Part shown: piece by piece, positions 28,122 to 37,524 of the stretch
How the letters are laid out: each line of letters starts with the position of its first letter
How positions within the stretch are numbered: position 1 is the first letter of the stretch
Virus record (IMG/VR): IMGVR_UViG_2718217884_000001
Coordinates: 1-37,524 of that record
Strand: one strand, 5' to 3'
DNA: 37,524 nucleotides
Origin: a virus
Taxonomy: Duplodnaviria > Heunggongvirae > Uroviricota > Caudoviricetes
The notes under the pieces: model-generated
The model's input: only the letters and a program-made list of their open reading frames with translations
Database searches by the model: none
What the model was told of the DNA's origin: nothing
Translations under genes and position numbers: made by a program

Positions 28122-28481
28122 TTACTCACCAACAGCCCACCAACTGTAATTCATCGATACAGTGTTGCTGGTTGATGACGTTCTGTAAGCAGAATTAAAG
28201 CCGGTTAACGTTGGGTCTTCTGCAGTCATCATGAACCCTCGCCCAGCGCCTAAAGGCGCACCGCCATCACCAGAATGAGTAAGCATGGCGCAGTCCGCTT
28301 TTTTGGGGAAAGGGATGCTGAATGTAATTCTCATTGTTTGCGTCGATAATGTCGGCGTAACCGCACCACGACCATATTGCAGGATTTTCCCGTTGGGTAA
28401 TTTCATCCATCCATCACCACTGGCAAAAGAGGCCATGTCCGGTATCTGATTTTCCCCTGTCCCCACATCCCGTTTTGCCGC
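28122..28481 (-). CDS. Alternative tail fibre C-terminal segment (promoterless; fused to H after inversion)
   Basis: Open frame continues from the right crossover site; after inversion would read ...YLGLGE-AAKRDVGTGENQ... in frame with H. Confidence 0.65.
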   Translation of the reverse strand, partial: AAKRDVGTGENQIPDMASFASGDGWMKLPNGKILQYGRGAVTPTLSTQTMRITFSIPFPKKADCAMLTHSGDGGAPLGAGRGFMMTAEDPTLTGFNSAYRTSSTSNTVSMNYSWWAVGE

Positions 28482-28507
28482 TTCTCCCAAACCAACATTT
28501 AGCCAAA
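28482..28507. promoter_or_regulatory. Hin/Gin-type recombination site (right crossover site)
   Basis: TTCTCCCAAACCAACATTTAGCCAAA; first 14 nt identical to reverse complement of left site inner half-site plus core. Confidence 0.65.
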
Positions 28508-28592
28508 GCCAGTATTGAATCAGTTACGTAGCAAATGATTCCAGCATCTGAAAATCATGGCATGCTGTTTACCTTTTAAGAGGTTATTTTTC

Positions 28593-29150
28593 ATGCAAAT
28601 AGGCTATGTGAGGGTGTCAACAAATGACCAGAACACTGCTTTGCAACGTGATGCACTGGAACGCTCAGGATGTGAGCTAATTTTTGAAGACAAAATGAGC
28701 GGAAAAACAGCAGACAGACCAGGGCTAAAAAGGTTGCTCAGGACGTTATCAGAGGGAGACACGCTGGTTGTATGGAAGCTCGACAGGCTGGGAAGAAGCA
28801 TGCGACACCTTGTTACCCTGATAGAAGAACTCCGGCAGCGCGGAGTTAATTTCCGTAGTCTGACTGACAGCATAGACACCAGTACACCAATGGGGCGGTT
28901 TTTCTTTCACGTTATGGGGGCACTGGCGGAGATGGAACGCGAGTTGATAGTGGAACGAACCCGTGCGGGACTGGAAGCCGCAAGAGCTAAAGGCAGGATT
29001 GGAGGGCGAAGACCAAAACTGACGCCAGAGCAATGGGCACAGGCTGGCAGGTTACTTGCTGCAGGTGAAACACGGCAGCGGGTTGCTTTAATTTTTGATG
29101 TGGGGATCTCGACGTTATACCGCAAATATCCTGCGACATTGTGTGATTAA
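28593..29150 (+). CDS. Serine DNA invertase (Hin/Gin/Pin/Cin family)
   Basis: MQIGYVRVSTNDQN...GDTLVVWKLDRLGRS...MGRFFFHVMGALAEMERELIVERT matches the resolvase/invertase catalytic domain; C-terminal HTH. Confidence 0.9.
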   Translation: MQIGYVRVSTNDQNTALQRDALERSGCELIFEDKMSGKTADRPGLKRLLRTLSEGDTLVVWKLDRLGRSMRHLVTLIEELRQRGVNFRSLTDSIDTSTPMGRFFFHVMGALAEMERELIVERTRAGLEAARAKGRIGGRRPKLTPEQWAQAGRLLAAGETRQRVALIFDVGISTLYRKYPATLCD

Positions 29151-29233
29151 CAGGACAACGCCGCGCAGCTGTCTGCGTGACGTAATCAATACAACATAGG
29201 GCGAAGCCTATTCCAATCAGGAGGTTCGCCGCT

Positions 29234-30406
29234 ATGGCTCAGGATTACCACCACGGGGTGCGCGTTGTTGAAGTCAACGAGGGCACCCGATCTATCACCA
29301 CGGTGAGCACCGCTATCGTGGGCATGGTCTGCACCGGCGATGATGCTGATGCGTCCGTGTTTCCTCTCAATAAGCCGGTTCTGCTGACGGATGTGCTGGA
29401 GGCCAGCGGTAAAGCAGGCGAGTCCGGCACGCTGGCCCGTTCGCTTGATGCGATTGCCGACCAATCAAAACCCGTGACGGTTGTTGTGCGCGTGGCGCAG
29501 GGCGAAACCGAAGCGGAAACCACCTCCAATATTATCGGTGGCGTCACGTCCGACGGTAAAAAAACGGGGATGAAAGCGCTGCTTTCTGCGCAGTCGCAGC
29601 TGAAAGTTAAGCCGCGCATTCTCGGTGTGCCGGGGCATGACACGCAGGCGGTAGCCACTGAGCTGATGAGTATTGCGCAGAGCCTGCGCGGGTTTGCCTA
29701 CCTGTCTGCCTATGGCTGCAAGACGGTGGAGGAAGCCATTGCTTACCGGGACAATTTCAGCCAGCGAGAAGGGATGCTGATCTGGCCTGATTTCATCAAC
29801 TTTGACACCGTTCTTAAAGCCGATGCGACGGCTTACGCCTCCGCACGTGCGCTCGGTCTGCGCGCCAAAATCGACGAACAGACCGGATGGCACAAAACCC
29901 TGTCCAACGTGGGTGTGAATGGCGTCACCGGTCTTTCCGCTGATGTGTTCTGGGATCTGCAGGACCCGGCAACAGACGCGGGACTGCTGAACCAGAATGA
30001 CGTCACCACGCTGATCTGCAAAGACGGCTTCCGCTTCTGGGGTTCCCGCTGCCTCAGTGACGATCCATTGTTTGCGTTTGAGAACTACACCCGTACGGCG
30101 CAGGTGCTGGCTGACACGATTGCAGAGGGGCATATGTGGGCGGTGGATAAGCCACTGAATCCGTCACTGGCCCGCGACATTATCGAAGGTATTCGCGCCA
30201 AATTACGCAGCCTGGTAAATCAGGGATACCTCATCGGGGCGGACTGCTGGCTGGATGAGTCAGTGAACGATAAAGACTCTCTGAAAGCCGGGAAGCTCAC
30301 CATCGACTACGACTACACGCCTGTGCCGCCGCTTGAAAATCTGATGCTGCGCCAGCGCATCACCGATCGCTACCTGGTCGATTTTGCCAGCCGTGTCAGT
30401 GCATAA
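29234..30406 (+). CDS. FI: Tail sheath protein (P2 gpFI)
   Basis: 390 aa, position and size. Confidence 0.88.
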   Translation: MAQDYHHGVRVVEVNEGTRSITTVSTAIVGMVCTGDDADASVFPLNKPVLLTDVLEASGKAGESGTLARSLDAIADQSKPVTVVVRVAQGETEAETTSNIIGGVTSDGKKTGMKALLSAQSQLKVKPRILGVPGHDTQAVATELMSIAQSLRGFAYLSAYGCKTVEEAIAYRDNFSQREGMLIWPDFINFDTVLKADATAYASARALGLRAKIDEQTGWHKTLSNVGVNGVTGLSADVFWDLQDPATDAGLLNQNDVTTLICKDGFRFWGSRCLSDDPLFAFENYTRTAQVLADTIAEGHMWAVDKPLNPSLARDIIEGIRAKLRSLVNQGYLIGADCWLDESVNDKDSLKAGKLTIDYDYTPVPPLENLMLRQRITDRYLVDFASRVSA

Positions 30407-30416
30407 GGGGGGATAC

Positions 30417-30932
30417 ATGGCATTACCACGCAAGTTAAAACACCTGAATCTGTTCAACGACGGGAACAACTGGCAGGGGATCGTTGAGTCCCTGACTCTG
30501 CCGAAATTCACCCGCAAGTTTGAGAAGTATCGCGGCGGCGGTATGCCGGGCGCGGTAGATGTGGATATGGGGCTGGATGACGGCGCACTCGACACGGAAT
30601 TTTCAATCGGCGGCACCGAACTGTTGTTATTCAAGCAGATGGGCAAGGCAACCGTTGATGGCATCCAGCTGCGTTTCACCGGCTCTATTCAGCGTGACGA
30701 TACCGGCGAAGTTCAGGCCATTGAGCTGGTTGTGCGGGGGCGTCATAAAGAAGTGGATTCCGGCGAGTGGAAAACCGGCGAGAGCAGCACCACCAAAGTC
30801 AGCAGCACCAACAGCTACGCGAAGCTGACCATTAACGGCGAAGTGCTCTATGAGGTTGATCTGGTCAACATGATTGAAATCGTTGACGGCGCGGACCTGA
30901 TGGAAGCACACCGTAACGCCCTTGGCCTCTGA
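30417..30932 (+). CDS. FII: Tail tube protein (P2 gpFII)
   Basis: ATG 30417; 171 aa. Confidence 0.88.
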   Translation: MALPRKLKHLNLFNDGNNWQGIVESLTLPKFTRKFEKYRGGGMPGAVDVDMGLDDGALDTEFSIGGTELLLFKQMGKATVDGIQLRFTGSIQRDDTGEVQAIELVVRGRHKEVDSGEWKTGESSTTKVSSTNSYAKLTINGEVLYEVDLVNMIEIVDGADLMEAHRNALGL

Positions 30933-30986
30933 TTTAACTTAACGGCGCGGTGATCCGCGCCAGTATCTGATTAACAGGAAACGAAC

Positions 30987-31289
30987 ATGAGCGACAAGCT
31001 GACTGAAAAAACCGTACAACTGGATACGCCCATCATGCGCGGTAAAACCCAAATCACCGAAATTGTGCTGCGTAAGCCGCAGTCCGGTGCGCTGCGCGGC
31101 ACCCGCCTGCAGGCCATTATGGATATGGACGTGGGGGCCATGATGACAGTGATCCCGCGTATTTCCACCCCAACGCTGACCGCACAGGAAATGGCTGAAC
31201 TGGACCCCGCCGATCTCACCGCGCTGTCGGTCGAGGTGGTGACTTTTTTGTTGAAGAAGTCGGTGCTTGCCGGTTTACCGACAGCCTGA
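30987..31289 (+). CDS. E: Tail assembly chaperone E (P2 gpE)
   Basis: 100 aa; contains slippery TTTTTTG near 3' end. Confidence 0.8.
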   Translation: MSDKLTEKTVQLDTPIMRGKTQITEIVLRKPQSGALRGTRLQAIMDMDVGAMMTVIPRISTPTLTAQEMAELDPADLTALSVEVVTFLLKKSVLAGLPTA

Positions 31290-31423
31290 CGATTGATGAC
31301 CTGGTGGCGGATATCGCCACCATCTTTCACTGGTCGCCGTCCATCACTGACGTTATGCCGCTGACAGAGGTGCTGGAGTGGCGGCATAAAGCGATTCAGA
31401 GAAGCGGGGCCAGCGATGAGTGA
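30987..31423 (+). CDS. E+E' frameshift-extended tail chaperone (programmed -1 frameshift at 31244..31250)
   Basis: Slippery heptamer T TTT TTG; -1 frame is open to TGA at 31421..31423, overlapping T start. Confidence 0.6.
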
Positions 31424-34400
31424 CAATAACCTGCGTCTGCAGGTGATTCTGAATGCGGTTGACAAGCTCACCCGCCCATTTCGATCCGCGCAGACCAGCT
31501 CAAAAGAGCTGGCTGCCGCCATTCAGCAAAGCCGCGCCCGGCTGAAAGAGTTAGATTCTCAGGCGGGCAGAATTGATGGCTTCCGTAAGGCCAGCGCGCA
31601 GCTAGCAGTCACAGGTAACAGCCTTAAAGCCGCCCGCGAAGAAGCGGCAAAACTCGCCACGCAGTTTACTGCGACCAACCGCCCGACGGCAGCTCAGGCC
31701 AGGCTGCTTGAGCAGGCTAAAAATCGCGTCACCGATTTACAGGGAAAATATAACGGGCTGCGTCAGTCAGTGCAGCGTCAGCGCCTTGCGCTGAATGAGG
31801 CAGGGCTTGATACAAAGAAACTGAGCAGCGCACAGCGTGAGCTACGGCAGAACGCCGATGAAACCCGACTGGCACTGGAGCGACAGCAAAAATCTCTGAA
31901 ACACCTGGGTGAACAGCAGGCGAGAATGAATGCGGTTCGTGATCAGTATTCGCGCCGTCTTGAGGTTCGGGATCGCATAGCCGGAGCCGGAGCCACCACT
32001 ACAGCTGCCGGGCTGGCAATGGGTGCGCCGGTTTTGGCTGCAGTGAAAAGCTACGCCAGCATGGAAGATGCCATGAAAGGCGTGGCAAAGCAGGTAAACG
32101 GGTTGCGGGACGATAACGGCAACCGTACAAAACAGTTTTATGACATGCAGGATGCCATTAAGGCTGCCAGTGAGCAGCTGCCGATGGAGAATGGCGCTAT
32201 AGATTATGCCGCGCTGGTTGAAGGGGGCGCGCGTATGGGCGTGACCAGCCAGGACGATCTCTTTGAGGACCAGAAACGTGACCTGCTGGCCTTTGCATCC
32301 ACGGCGGCAAAAGCTGCAACGGCCTTTGAGCTGCCCGCCGATGAGCTGGCGGAAGGATTGGGGAAAATCGCGCAGCTCTATAAAGTGCCGACGCGCAATA
32401 TTGAACAACTGGGCGATGCGCTGAACTACCTGGACGATAACGCCATGTCAAAGGGCGGGGACATTATCAACGTCCTGCAGCGTATGGGGGGCGTGGCTGA
32501 CCGCCTTGACTTCCGAAAAGCTGCTGCGCTGGGTTCAACATTCCTTTCTCTTGGGGCTGCCCCGGAAATTGCCGCCAGCGCCTCTAATGCCATGGTGCGT
32601 GAACTGTCCATTGCCACCATGCAAAGTAAGCGCTTCTTTGAAGGTATGAATCTGCTGAAACTCAATCCTGCGGAGATTGAAAAGCAGATGACCACCGATG
32701 CCATGGGCACCATTCAGCGGGTTCTGGAGAAGGTCAACAATCTGCCGCAGGATAAACGCCTGTCAGCCATGACAATGATTTTTGGTAAAGAGTTTGGCGA
32801 TGATGCGGCAAAGCTGGCTAACAACCTGCCGGAGCTGCAGCGTCAGCTGAAACTCACATCAGGCAGTGGTGCGAATGGCTCGATGCAGAAAGAATCCGAC
32901 ATTAACAAGGATTCATTGTCTGCGCAGTGGTTGCTGGTTAAGACTGGCGCGCAGAACGCTTTCAGCAGTCTGGGGGAAACGTTGCGCCAGCCGCTGATGG
33001 ATATTATGGGCATGGTTAAGGGTGTGACCGGGGCGCTGCGTCGCTGGGTGGAGCAGAATCCCGTGCTGGCTGGCACGCTGATGAAAGTGGCGGCGGCTAC
33101 GGCGGCTGTCACTGTCGGGCTGGGTACACTTGCCGTGGCAGTGGCTGCTGTGCTGGGGCCGATTGCGGTGATTCGGTTTGGCCTGTCTGTGCTGGGTGTA
33201 AAAACATTACCTTCCGTTGCTGCAGCGGTAACACGTACTGGCGGTGCCCTGTCATGGCTGGCAGGTGCGCCACTTTCCCTGTTGCGTCGGGGTATGGCGT
33301 CATCCGGTGGCAGTGTAGGGTTACTGAGTGCCCCGCTTAATTCCCTGCGTCGCTCAGCCGGAATAGCGGGTAATGCACTGAAAACGGTGGCAGGTGCTCC
33401 GCTTGCCGTGTTCCGTGTCGGTATGTCAGGCATCCGTAATGTTATCGGTATGGTGATGAACCCGCTGGCGGCGTTGCGTGGTGGGCTGACAGCTGCCGGT
33501 GGCGTATTGCGTTTTCTTGTTTCTGGTCCGCTGGCATTACTTCGCGGCGCGCTGTTTGGTATTTCCGGCCTGCTGGGTGCGCTGCTCAGTCCGATAGGGC
33601 TGGTTGTGGCTGCGCTGGCTGGTGTGGCGCTGGTTGTGTGGAAATACTGGCAGCCCATCAGTGCATTTCTGGGGGGCGTGGTGGAAGGGTTCAAAGCCGC
33701 TGCAGCGCCAATTAGCGCCGCCTTTGAGCCGCTCAGGCCCATGTTCCAGTGGATTGGTGACAGGGTGCAGGCCTTGTGGGGCTGGTTCAGCGATTTACTT
33801 TCGCCGGTTAAATCCACTTCCGAAGAACTGAACAGCGCAGCTGCAATGGGGCGCCGGTTTGGTGAGGCGCTGGCGGAAGGTCTGACTATGGTGATGCACC
33901 CGCTGGAGTCTCTTAAATCCGGTGTGTCATGGCTACTGGAAAAGCTCGGTATTGTCAGTAAGGAGGCGGCAAAGGCGAAACTGCCTGCACAGGTCACGCA
34001 GCAGCAATCCGCCACGGTGAACAGTGACGGCAAAGTGGTGCTGCCGCCAGGCGGGTTCCCGGCTTACGCAGGGATGTACGACACGGGCGGGATCATTCCA
34101 CGCGGGCAGTTTGGCATTGTTGGAGAAAATGGCCCTGAAATTGTGAACGGACCGGCAAATGTCACCAGCAGGCGGCGTACTGCTGCGCTTGCCTCTGTCG
34201 TTGCAGGCGTTATGGGGGTTGCTGCGACACCTGCAGAAGCGGTTCCGCTTCATCCGTTCAGTCTGCCTGCGAGTGCATACCAGACGCAGCCAGTGAAGGC
34301 TGACAGCCCGCCGTCAGTTATTCGTTATGAGATAAATGCGCCCATTCATATCGTCGCGCAGCCGGGACAGAGTGCGCAGGATATTGCCCGTGAAGTGGCA

Positions 34401-34481
34401 CGTCAGCTTGACGAGCGGGAACGCAGGGCCAGGGCAAAAGCGCGCAGCAATTTCAGCGATCAGGGGGGGTATGAATCATGA
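31416..34481 (+). CDS. T: Tail tape measure protein (P2 gpT)
   Basis: 1021 aa, coiled-coil N-terminus, Gly/Ala-rich hydrophobic middle with degenerate repeats. Confidence 0.9.
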   Translation: MSDNNLRLQVILNAVDKLTRPFRSAQTSSKELAAAIQQSRARLKELDSQAGRIDGFRKASAQLAVTGNSLKAAREEAAKLATQFTATNRPTAAQARLLEQAKNRVTDLQGKYNGLRQSVQRQRLALNEAGLDTKKLSSAQRELRQNADETRLALERQQKSLKHLGEQQARMNAVRDQYSRRLEVRDRIAGAGATTTAAGLAMGAPVLAAVKSYASMEDAMKGVAKQVNGLRDDNGNRTKQFYDMQDAIKAASEQLPMENGAIDYAALVEGGARMGVTSQDDLFEDQKRDLLAFASTAAKAATAFELPADELAEGLGKIAQLYKVPTRNIEQLGDALNYLDDNAMSKGGDIINVLQRMGGVADRLDFRKAAALGSTFLSLGAAPEIAASASNAMVRELSIATMQSKRFFEGMNLLKLNPAEIEKQMTTDAMGTIQRVLEKVNNLPQDKRLSAMTMIFGKEFGDDAAKLANNLPELQRQLKLTSGSGANGSMQKESDINKDSLSAQWLLVKTGAQNAFSSLGETLRQPLMDIMGMVKGVTGALRRWVEQNPVLAGTLMKVAAATAAVTVGLGTLAVAVAAVLGPIAVIRFGLSVLGVKTLPSVAAAVTRTGGALSWLAGAPLSLLRRGMASSGGSVGLLSAPLNSLRRSAGIAGNALKTVAGAPLAVFRVGMSGIRNVIGMVMNPLAALRGGLTAAGGVLRFLVSGPLALLRGALFGISGLLGALLSPIGLVVAALAGVALVVWKYWQPISAFLGGVVEGFKAAAAPISAAFEPLRPMFQWIGDRVQALWGWFSDLLSPVKSTSEELNSAAAMGRRFGEALAEGLTMVMHPLESLKSGVSWLLEKLGIVSKEAAKAKLPAQVTQQQSATVNSDGKVVLPPGGFPAYAGMYDTGGIIPRGQFGIVGENGPEIVNGPANVTSRRRTAALASVVAGVMGVAATPAEAVPLHPFSLPASAYQTQPVKADSPPSVIRYEINAPIHIVAQPGQSAQDIAREVARQLDERERRARAKARSNFSDQGGYES

Positions 34482-34963
34482 TGATGGTGCTGGGTTTATA
34501 TGTATTTATGCTGCGCACTGTCCCTTATCAGGAGCTGCAGTATCAGCGCAGCTGGCGACATGCCGCCAACAGCCGGGTGAATCGCCGCCCGTCAACGCAG
34601 TTTCTTGGCCCGGATAATGATTCACTGACACTGTCCGGGGTTCTGCTGCCGGAAGTGACCGGAGGCAGGTTGTCATTGCTGGCGCTGGAGTTGATGGCAG
34701 AGCAGGGCAAAGCCTGGCCTTTGATTGAAGGCAGCGGAACCATTTACGGCATGTTTGTTATTGAAAGTCTGAGCCAGACAAAGACGGAGTTTTTTGCCAG
34801 CGGTATGCCCAGGCGCATTGAGTTTACGATCACCCTCAAACGGGTTGATGAATCACTGTCTGACATGTTCGGGAGCCTGAGTGACCCGCTCAGCAACCTG
34901 CAGGACTCTGCTGCCTCTGCGATTGGGGGGATTAAGAACACGGTAGGAGGATTGCTGCAGTGA
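34478..34963 (+). CDS. U: Tail protein U (P2 gpU)
   Basis: 161 aa, overlaps T stop. Confidence 0.85.
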   Translation: MMMVLGLYVFMLRTVPYQELQYQRSWRHAANSRVNRRPSTQFLGPDNDSLTLSGVLLPEVTGGRLSLLALELMAEQGKAWPLIEGSGTIYGMFVIESLSQTKTEFFASGMPRRIEFTITLKRVDESLSDMFGSLSDPLSNLQDSAASAIGGIKNTVGGLLQ

Positions 34964-36060
34964 ACGTTAATTCTGATCTTCTGAATCTGAACAGCAAAAG
35001 CCCGGCTTTCAGTATCGTCATTGAAGGTAAGGACGTGACGACCGTGCTGGATACCCGCCTGATGAGTCTGACGCTGACGGATAACCGGGGCTTTGAAGCG
35101 GACCAGCTTGATCTGGAGCTGGACGACGCCGACGGGCTGATCGCCCTGCCGCGACGTGGGGCAGTGATTCAGCTGGCGCTGGGCTGGAAAGGCCAGCCGC
35201 TTTTCCCTAAAGGGGCTTTTACTGTGGATGAAATTGAACACAGCGGTGCCCCTGACCGGCTGACCATCCGGGCGCGTAGCGCAGATTTCCGTGAAACCCT
35301 CAATACACGGCGCGAAAAATCATGGCATCAGACAACGGTGGGGGAGGTGGTAAAGGAAATAGCCGCCCGGCATAACCTCAAAATGGCGCTGGGTAAAGAC
35401 CTGACGGATAAGGCGCTGGATCATCTGGACCAGACCAATGAAAGCGATGCAAGTTTTCTGATGAAACTGGCGAGACAGTATGGGGCGATTGCTTCCGTTA
35501 AGGACGGGAATCTGCTGTTTATCCGGCAGGGACAGGGAAGAACGGCGAGCGGCAAGCCGCTGCCGGTTATCACCATCACTCGCAAAGCCGGTGACGGTCA
35601 TCGGTTCACCCTTGCTGATCGTGGTGCCTATACCGGTGTTATTGCCAGCTGGTTGCATACGCGTGAACCCAGGAAAAAAGAGACAACCAGTGTTAAGCGT
35701 CGTCGAAAGAAAACCACCACACCCAAAGAGCCGGAAGCAAAACAGGGCGATTATCTGGTGGGAACGGATGAAAACGTGCTAGTTCTTAATCGTACCTACG
35801 CCAACCGGAACAATGCTGAGCGCGCAGCAAAAATGCAGTGGGAACGTCTGCAGCGTGGGGTTGCTACATTTTCCCTGCAGCTCGCTGAGGGGCGGGCTGA
35901 TCTCTATACGGAAATGCCGGTGAAGGTTACAGGGTTCAAGCAGCCGATCGATGATGCAGAGTGGACCATTACCACCCTGACGCATTCTGTCAGCCCGGAT
36001 AATGGATTTACGACCAGCATGGAGCTTGAAGTAAAGATTGGTGATCTTGAAATTGAATAA
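34960..36060 (+). CDS. D: Tail protein D / late control D family (P2 gpD)
   Basis: 366 aa, GTG start overlapping U stop. Confidence 0.88.
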   Translation: MNVNSDLLNLNSKSPAFSIVIEGKDVTTVLDTRLMSLTLTDNRGFEADQLDLELDDADGLIALPRRGAVIQLALGWKGQPLFPKGAFTVDEIEHSGAPDRLTIRARSADFRETLNTRREKSWHQTTVGEVVKEIAARHNLKMALGKDLTDKALDHLDQTNESDASFLMKLARQYGAIASVKDGNLLFIRQGQGRTASGKPLPVITITRKAGDGHRFTLADRGAYTGVIASWLHTREPRKKETTSVKRRRKKTTTPKEPEAKQGDYLVGTDENVLVLNRTYANRNNAERAAKMQWERLQRGVATFSLQLAEGRADLYTEMPVKVTGFKQPIDDAEWTITTLTHSVSPDNGFTTSMELEVKIGDLEIE

Positions 36061-36128
36061 TCGGTTCTCAATACTGAATAATGATGTATCATTATTGCGA
36101 CTACGGCAAGAGTGGTGGGATAACAGCG

Positions 36129-36347
36129 ATGATGAACTGTCCAGAGTGCGGTCATGCAGCACATACCAGAAGCAGTTTTCAGGTATCAGCTACGACAAAA
36201 GAACGTTACAACCAGTGCCAAAATATAAATTGTGGCTGTACGTTCGTTACTCATGAAACGTTTGTACGGCACATTATAAAACCGAATCTAATTTCTTCTG
36301 CGCCGCCACATCCTGGAAAAGGTGGTCAAGGCCACATGAGTTTCTGA
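36129..36347 (+). CDS. ogr: Late gene transcriptional activator (Ogr/Delta/186 B zinc-finger family)
   Basis: MMNCPECGHAAHTRSS...KERYNQCQNINCGCTF: CxxC-N22-CxxxxC zinc finger as in P2 Ogr. Confidence 0.85.
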   Translation: MMNCPECGHAAHTRSSFQVSATTKERYNQCQNINCGCTFVTHETFVRHIIKPNLISSAPPHPGKGGQGHMSF

Positions 36348-36351
36348 ACAG

Positions 36352-36377
36352 AACCCGCTTTAAAGGCGGGTTTTTTG
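36352..36377 (+). terminator. Rho-independent terminator after ogr
   Basis: CCCGC-TTTAAAG-GCGGG followed by TTTTTTG. Confidence 0.75.
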
Positions 36378-36462
36378 TTGCCGCCAGTCCGACACTCTGT
36401 CGCCATTTTGCCGCCACTACCAAAGAAAAAGGGGCTACGTTTTCACGTAACCCCTTGTTTTA

Positions 36463-36509
36463 TTTGGTGGAGCTGGCGGGAGTTGAACCCGCGTCCGAAA
36501 TTCCTACAT
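36463..36509 (-). repeat. attR core: 47-bp direct repeat (within intact ssrA 3' end)
   Basis: Identical to 2294..2340. Confidence 0.9.
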
Positions 36510-36827
36510 CCTCGGTACTACATGCTTAGTCAGTCTTTACATTCGCTTGCCAGCTGCGGACGGACACGCCACTAACAAACTAGCCTGATTAAGTTTTAAC
36601 GCTTCAACCCCAGGCAGGGCTTCCACGCGATCTCTTTTGGGTTTGACCTCTCTTGATCCCCGTCCTAAGAGCGGAGGCTAGGGAGAGAGGGCTCTAAGCA
36701 GGTTATTAAGCTGCTAAAGCGTAGTTTTCGTCGTTTGCGACTATTTTTTGCGGCTTTTTACGAGGCCAACCGCCCCTCGGCATGCACCTTGGGTTTCGCA
36801 AATCCCGTCGAATCCAGAATCAGCCCC
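36465..36827 (-). ncRNA. ssrA: tmRNA (SsrA), intact
   Basis: Reverse complement begins GGGGCTGATTCTGGATTCGACGGG and ends GGTTCAACTCCCGCCAGCTCCACCA; tag region GCAAACGACGAAAACTACGCTTTAGCAGCTTAA (ANDENYALAA) present. Confidence 0.95.
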
Positions 36828-37041
36828 AATGTGTAAAGGTAAGTATACCAGATTTATGAGCGCCATGACCAGCCTCAATGGCGTTATCGTTAAAGATTTA
36901 GCACCCATGTAGCCTGATTTTTATTCGATTAAGCAATGGGATGGCAACATTTGTGTCGGATGTGATAGCCAATAAGATGTTCATTCGCGCCGCCGGAGAG
37001 GGAGGCGCGGTGAGGAACTGGTCAATAATTGGAGTGCAGGT

Positions 37042-37524
37042 TTAACGGTGGGCGTTTTTCATGATACGCGCTTTATCCACCTGCCATTCGCGCTCTTTGA
37101 TATCTGAACGTTTATCGTGCTGTTTCTTACCTTTGGCGACGCCGATTTTCACTTTGCACCAGGCATTTTTCCAGTACAGGGAGAGCGCCACTACGGTATA
37201 GCCTTCTCGATTGACGCGACCGTACAATGAGTCCAGTTCGCGCTGGTTGAGAAGTAACTTGCGGGTACGGGTAGGATCGCACACCACATGCGTGGAGGCC
37301 ACTGCCATTGGCGTGATGTTTGCGCCAAACAGGAACGCTTCTCCGTCACGCAGAAGGACATAGCTGTCGCTGATATTGGCTTTTCCTGCGCGCAGGGATT
37401 TAACTTCCCAGCCTTGCAGGGCAAGTCCCGCTTCGAACTCTTCTTCGATAAAGTATTCGTGACGGGCGCGCTTGTTAAGCGCGATGGTCGCTGAACCAGG
37501 TTTATGTGCTTTTTTCTTCGTCAT
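37042..37524 (-). CDS. smpB: SsrA-binding protein SmpB
   Basis: 160-aa translation [56 protein letters not shown]...; start codon at window edge. Confidence 0.95.

Larger units (their letters stand above)
2294..36509. mobile_element. P2/186-family prophage integrated at the ssrA 3' end (about 34.2 kb)
   Basis: Bounded by 47-bp direct repeats; int next to left repeat; P2 gene order Q P O N M L X lysis R S V W J I H G FI FII E T U D ogr ending at right repeat. Confidence 0.9.

Noticed and set aside
32843-34033. 396-aa minus-strand ORF inside the tape measure gene (similar long antisense ORFs at 14273..15106, 15476..16312, 29465..30133, 11724..12452 and 12522..13145)
   Set aside because: They lie antisense to well-supported, syntenic phage structural genes in GC-rich DNA where long stop-free antisense frames arise by chance; no RBS and low-complexity translations.
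36081-36128. Extended N-terminus for ogr from ATG at 36081
   Set aside because: Ogr-family proteins start directly at the zinc finger (MxCPxC); the upstream extension has no counterpart and is AT-rich intergenic sequence.
1-37524. CRISPR array or other short tandem DNA repeats
   Set aside because: No run of regularly spaced identical direct repeats with unique spacers was seen anywhere in the window.

Overview
This window is the smpB-ssrA integration hotspot of an enterobacterial (E. coli-like) chromosome. From right to left it holds smpB (37042..37524, -), an intact tmRNA gene ssrA (36465..36827, -), and a roughly 34 kb P2/186-family prophage (about 2294..36509) bounded by 47-bp direct repeats derived from the ssrA 3' end. 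Beyond the left repeat sits the start of a CP4-57-type integrase (intA-like) that is cut off by an IS1 copy lacking target-site duplications, and beyond IS1 a fragment of a lambda-S-like holin gene. The prophage has a 186-like early region (int, CI-like repressor, apl/cox-like, cII, fil-like, Dam methylase, replication gene A), a LexA-box-controlled operon (small ORF plus DinI-like gene) near a cos-like site, and a complete P2-type late region from Q through ogr. The tail fibre gene H is split by IS186, and a Hin/Gin-type invertible segment with a serine invertase carries alternative tail-fibre C-termini and chaperones. The best candidates for an accessory system are (i) an AT-rich two-gene cassette between S and V encoding an ABC-type ATPase and a TOPRIM/DUF4435-like protein (PARIS AriA/AriB-like), and (ii) an AT-rich two-gene cassette between the cos-like site and Q encoding a Cys-rich zinc-ribbon protein and an 89-aa protein of unknown function. 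All identifications are from reading the six-frame translations and the DNA by eye; no database search or computation was run.
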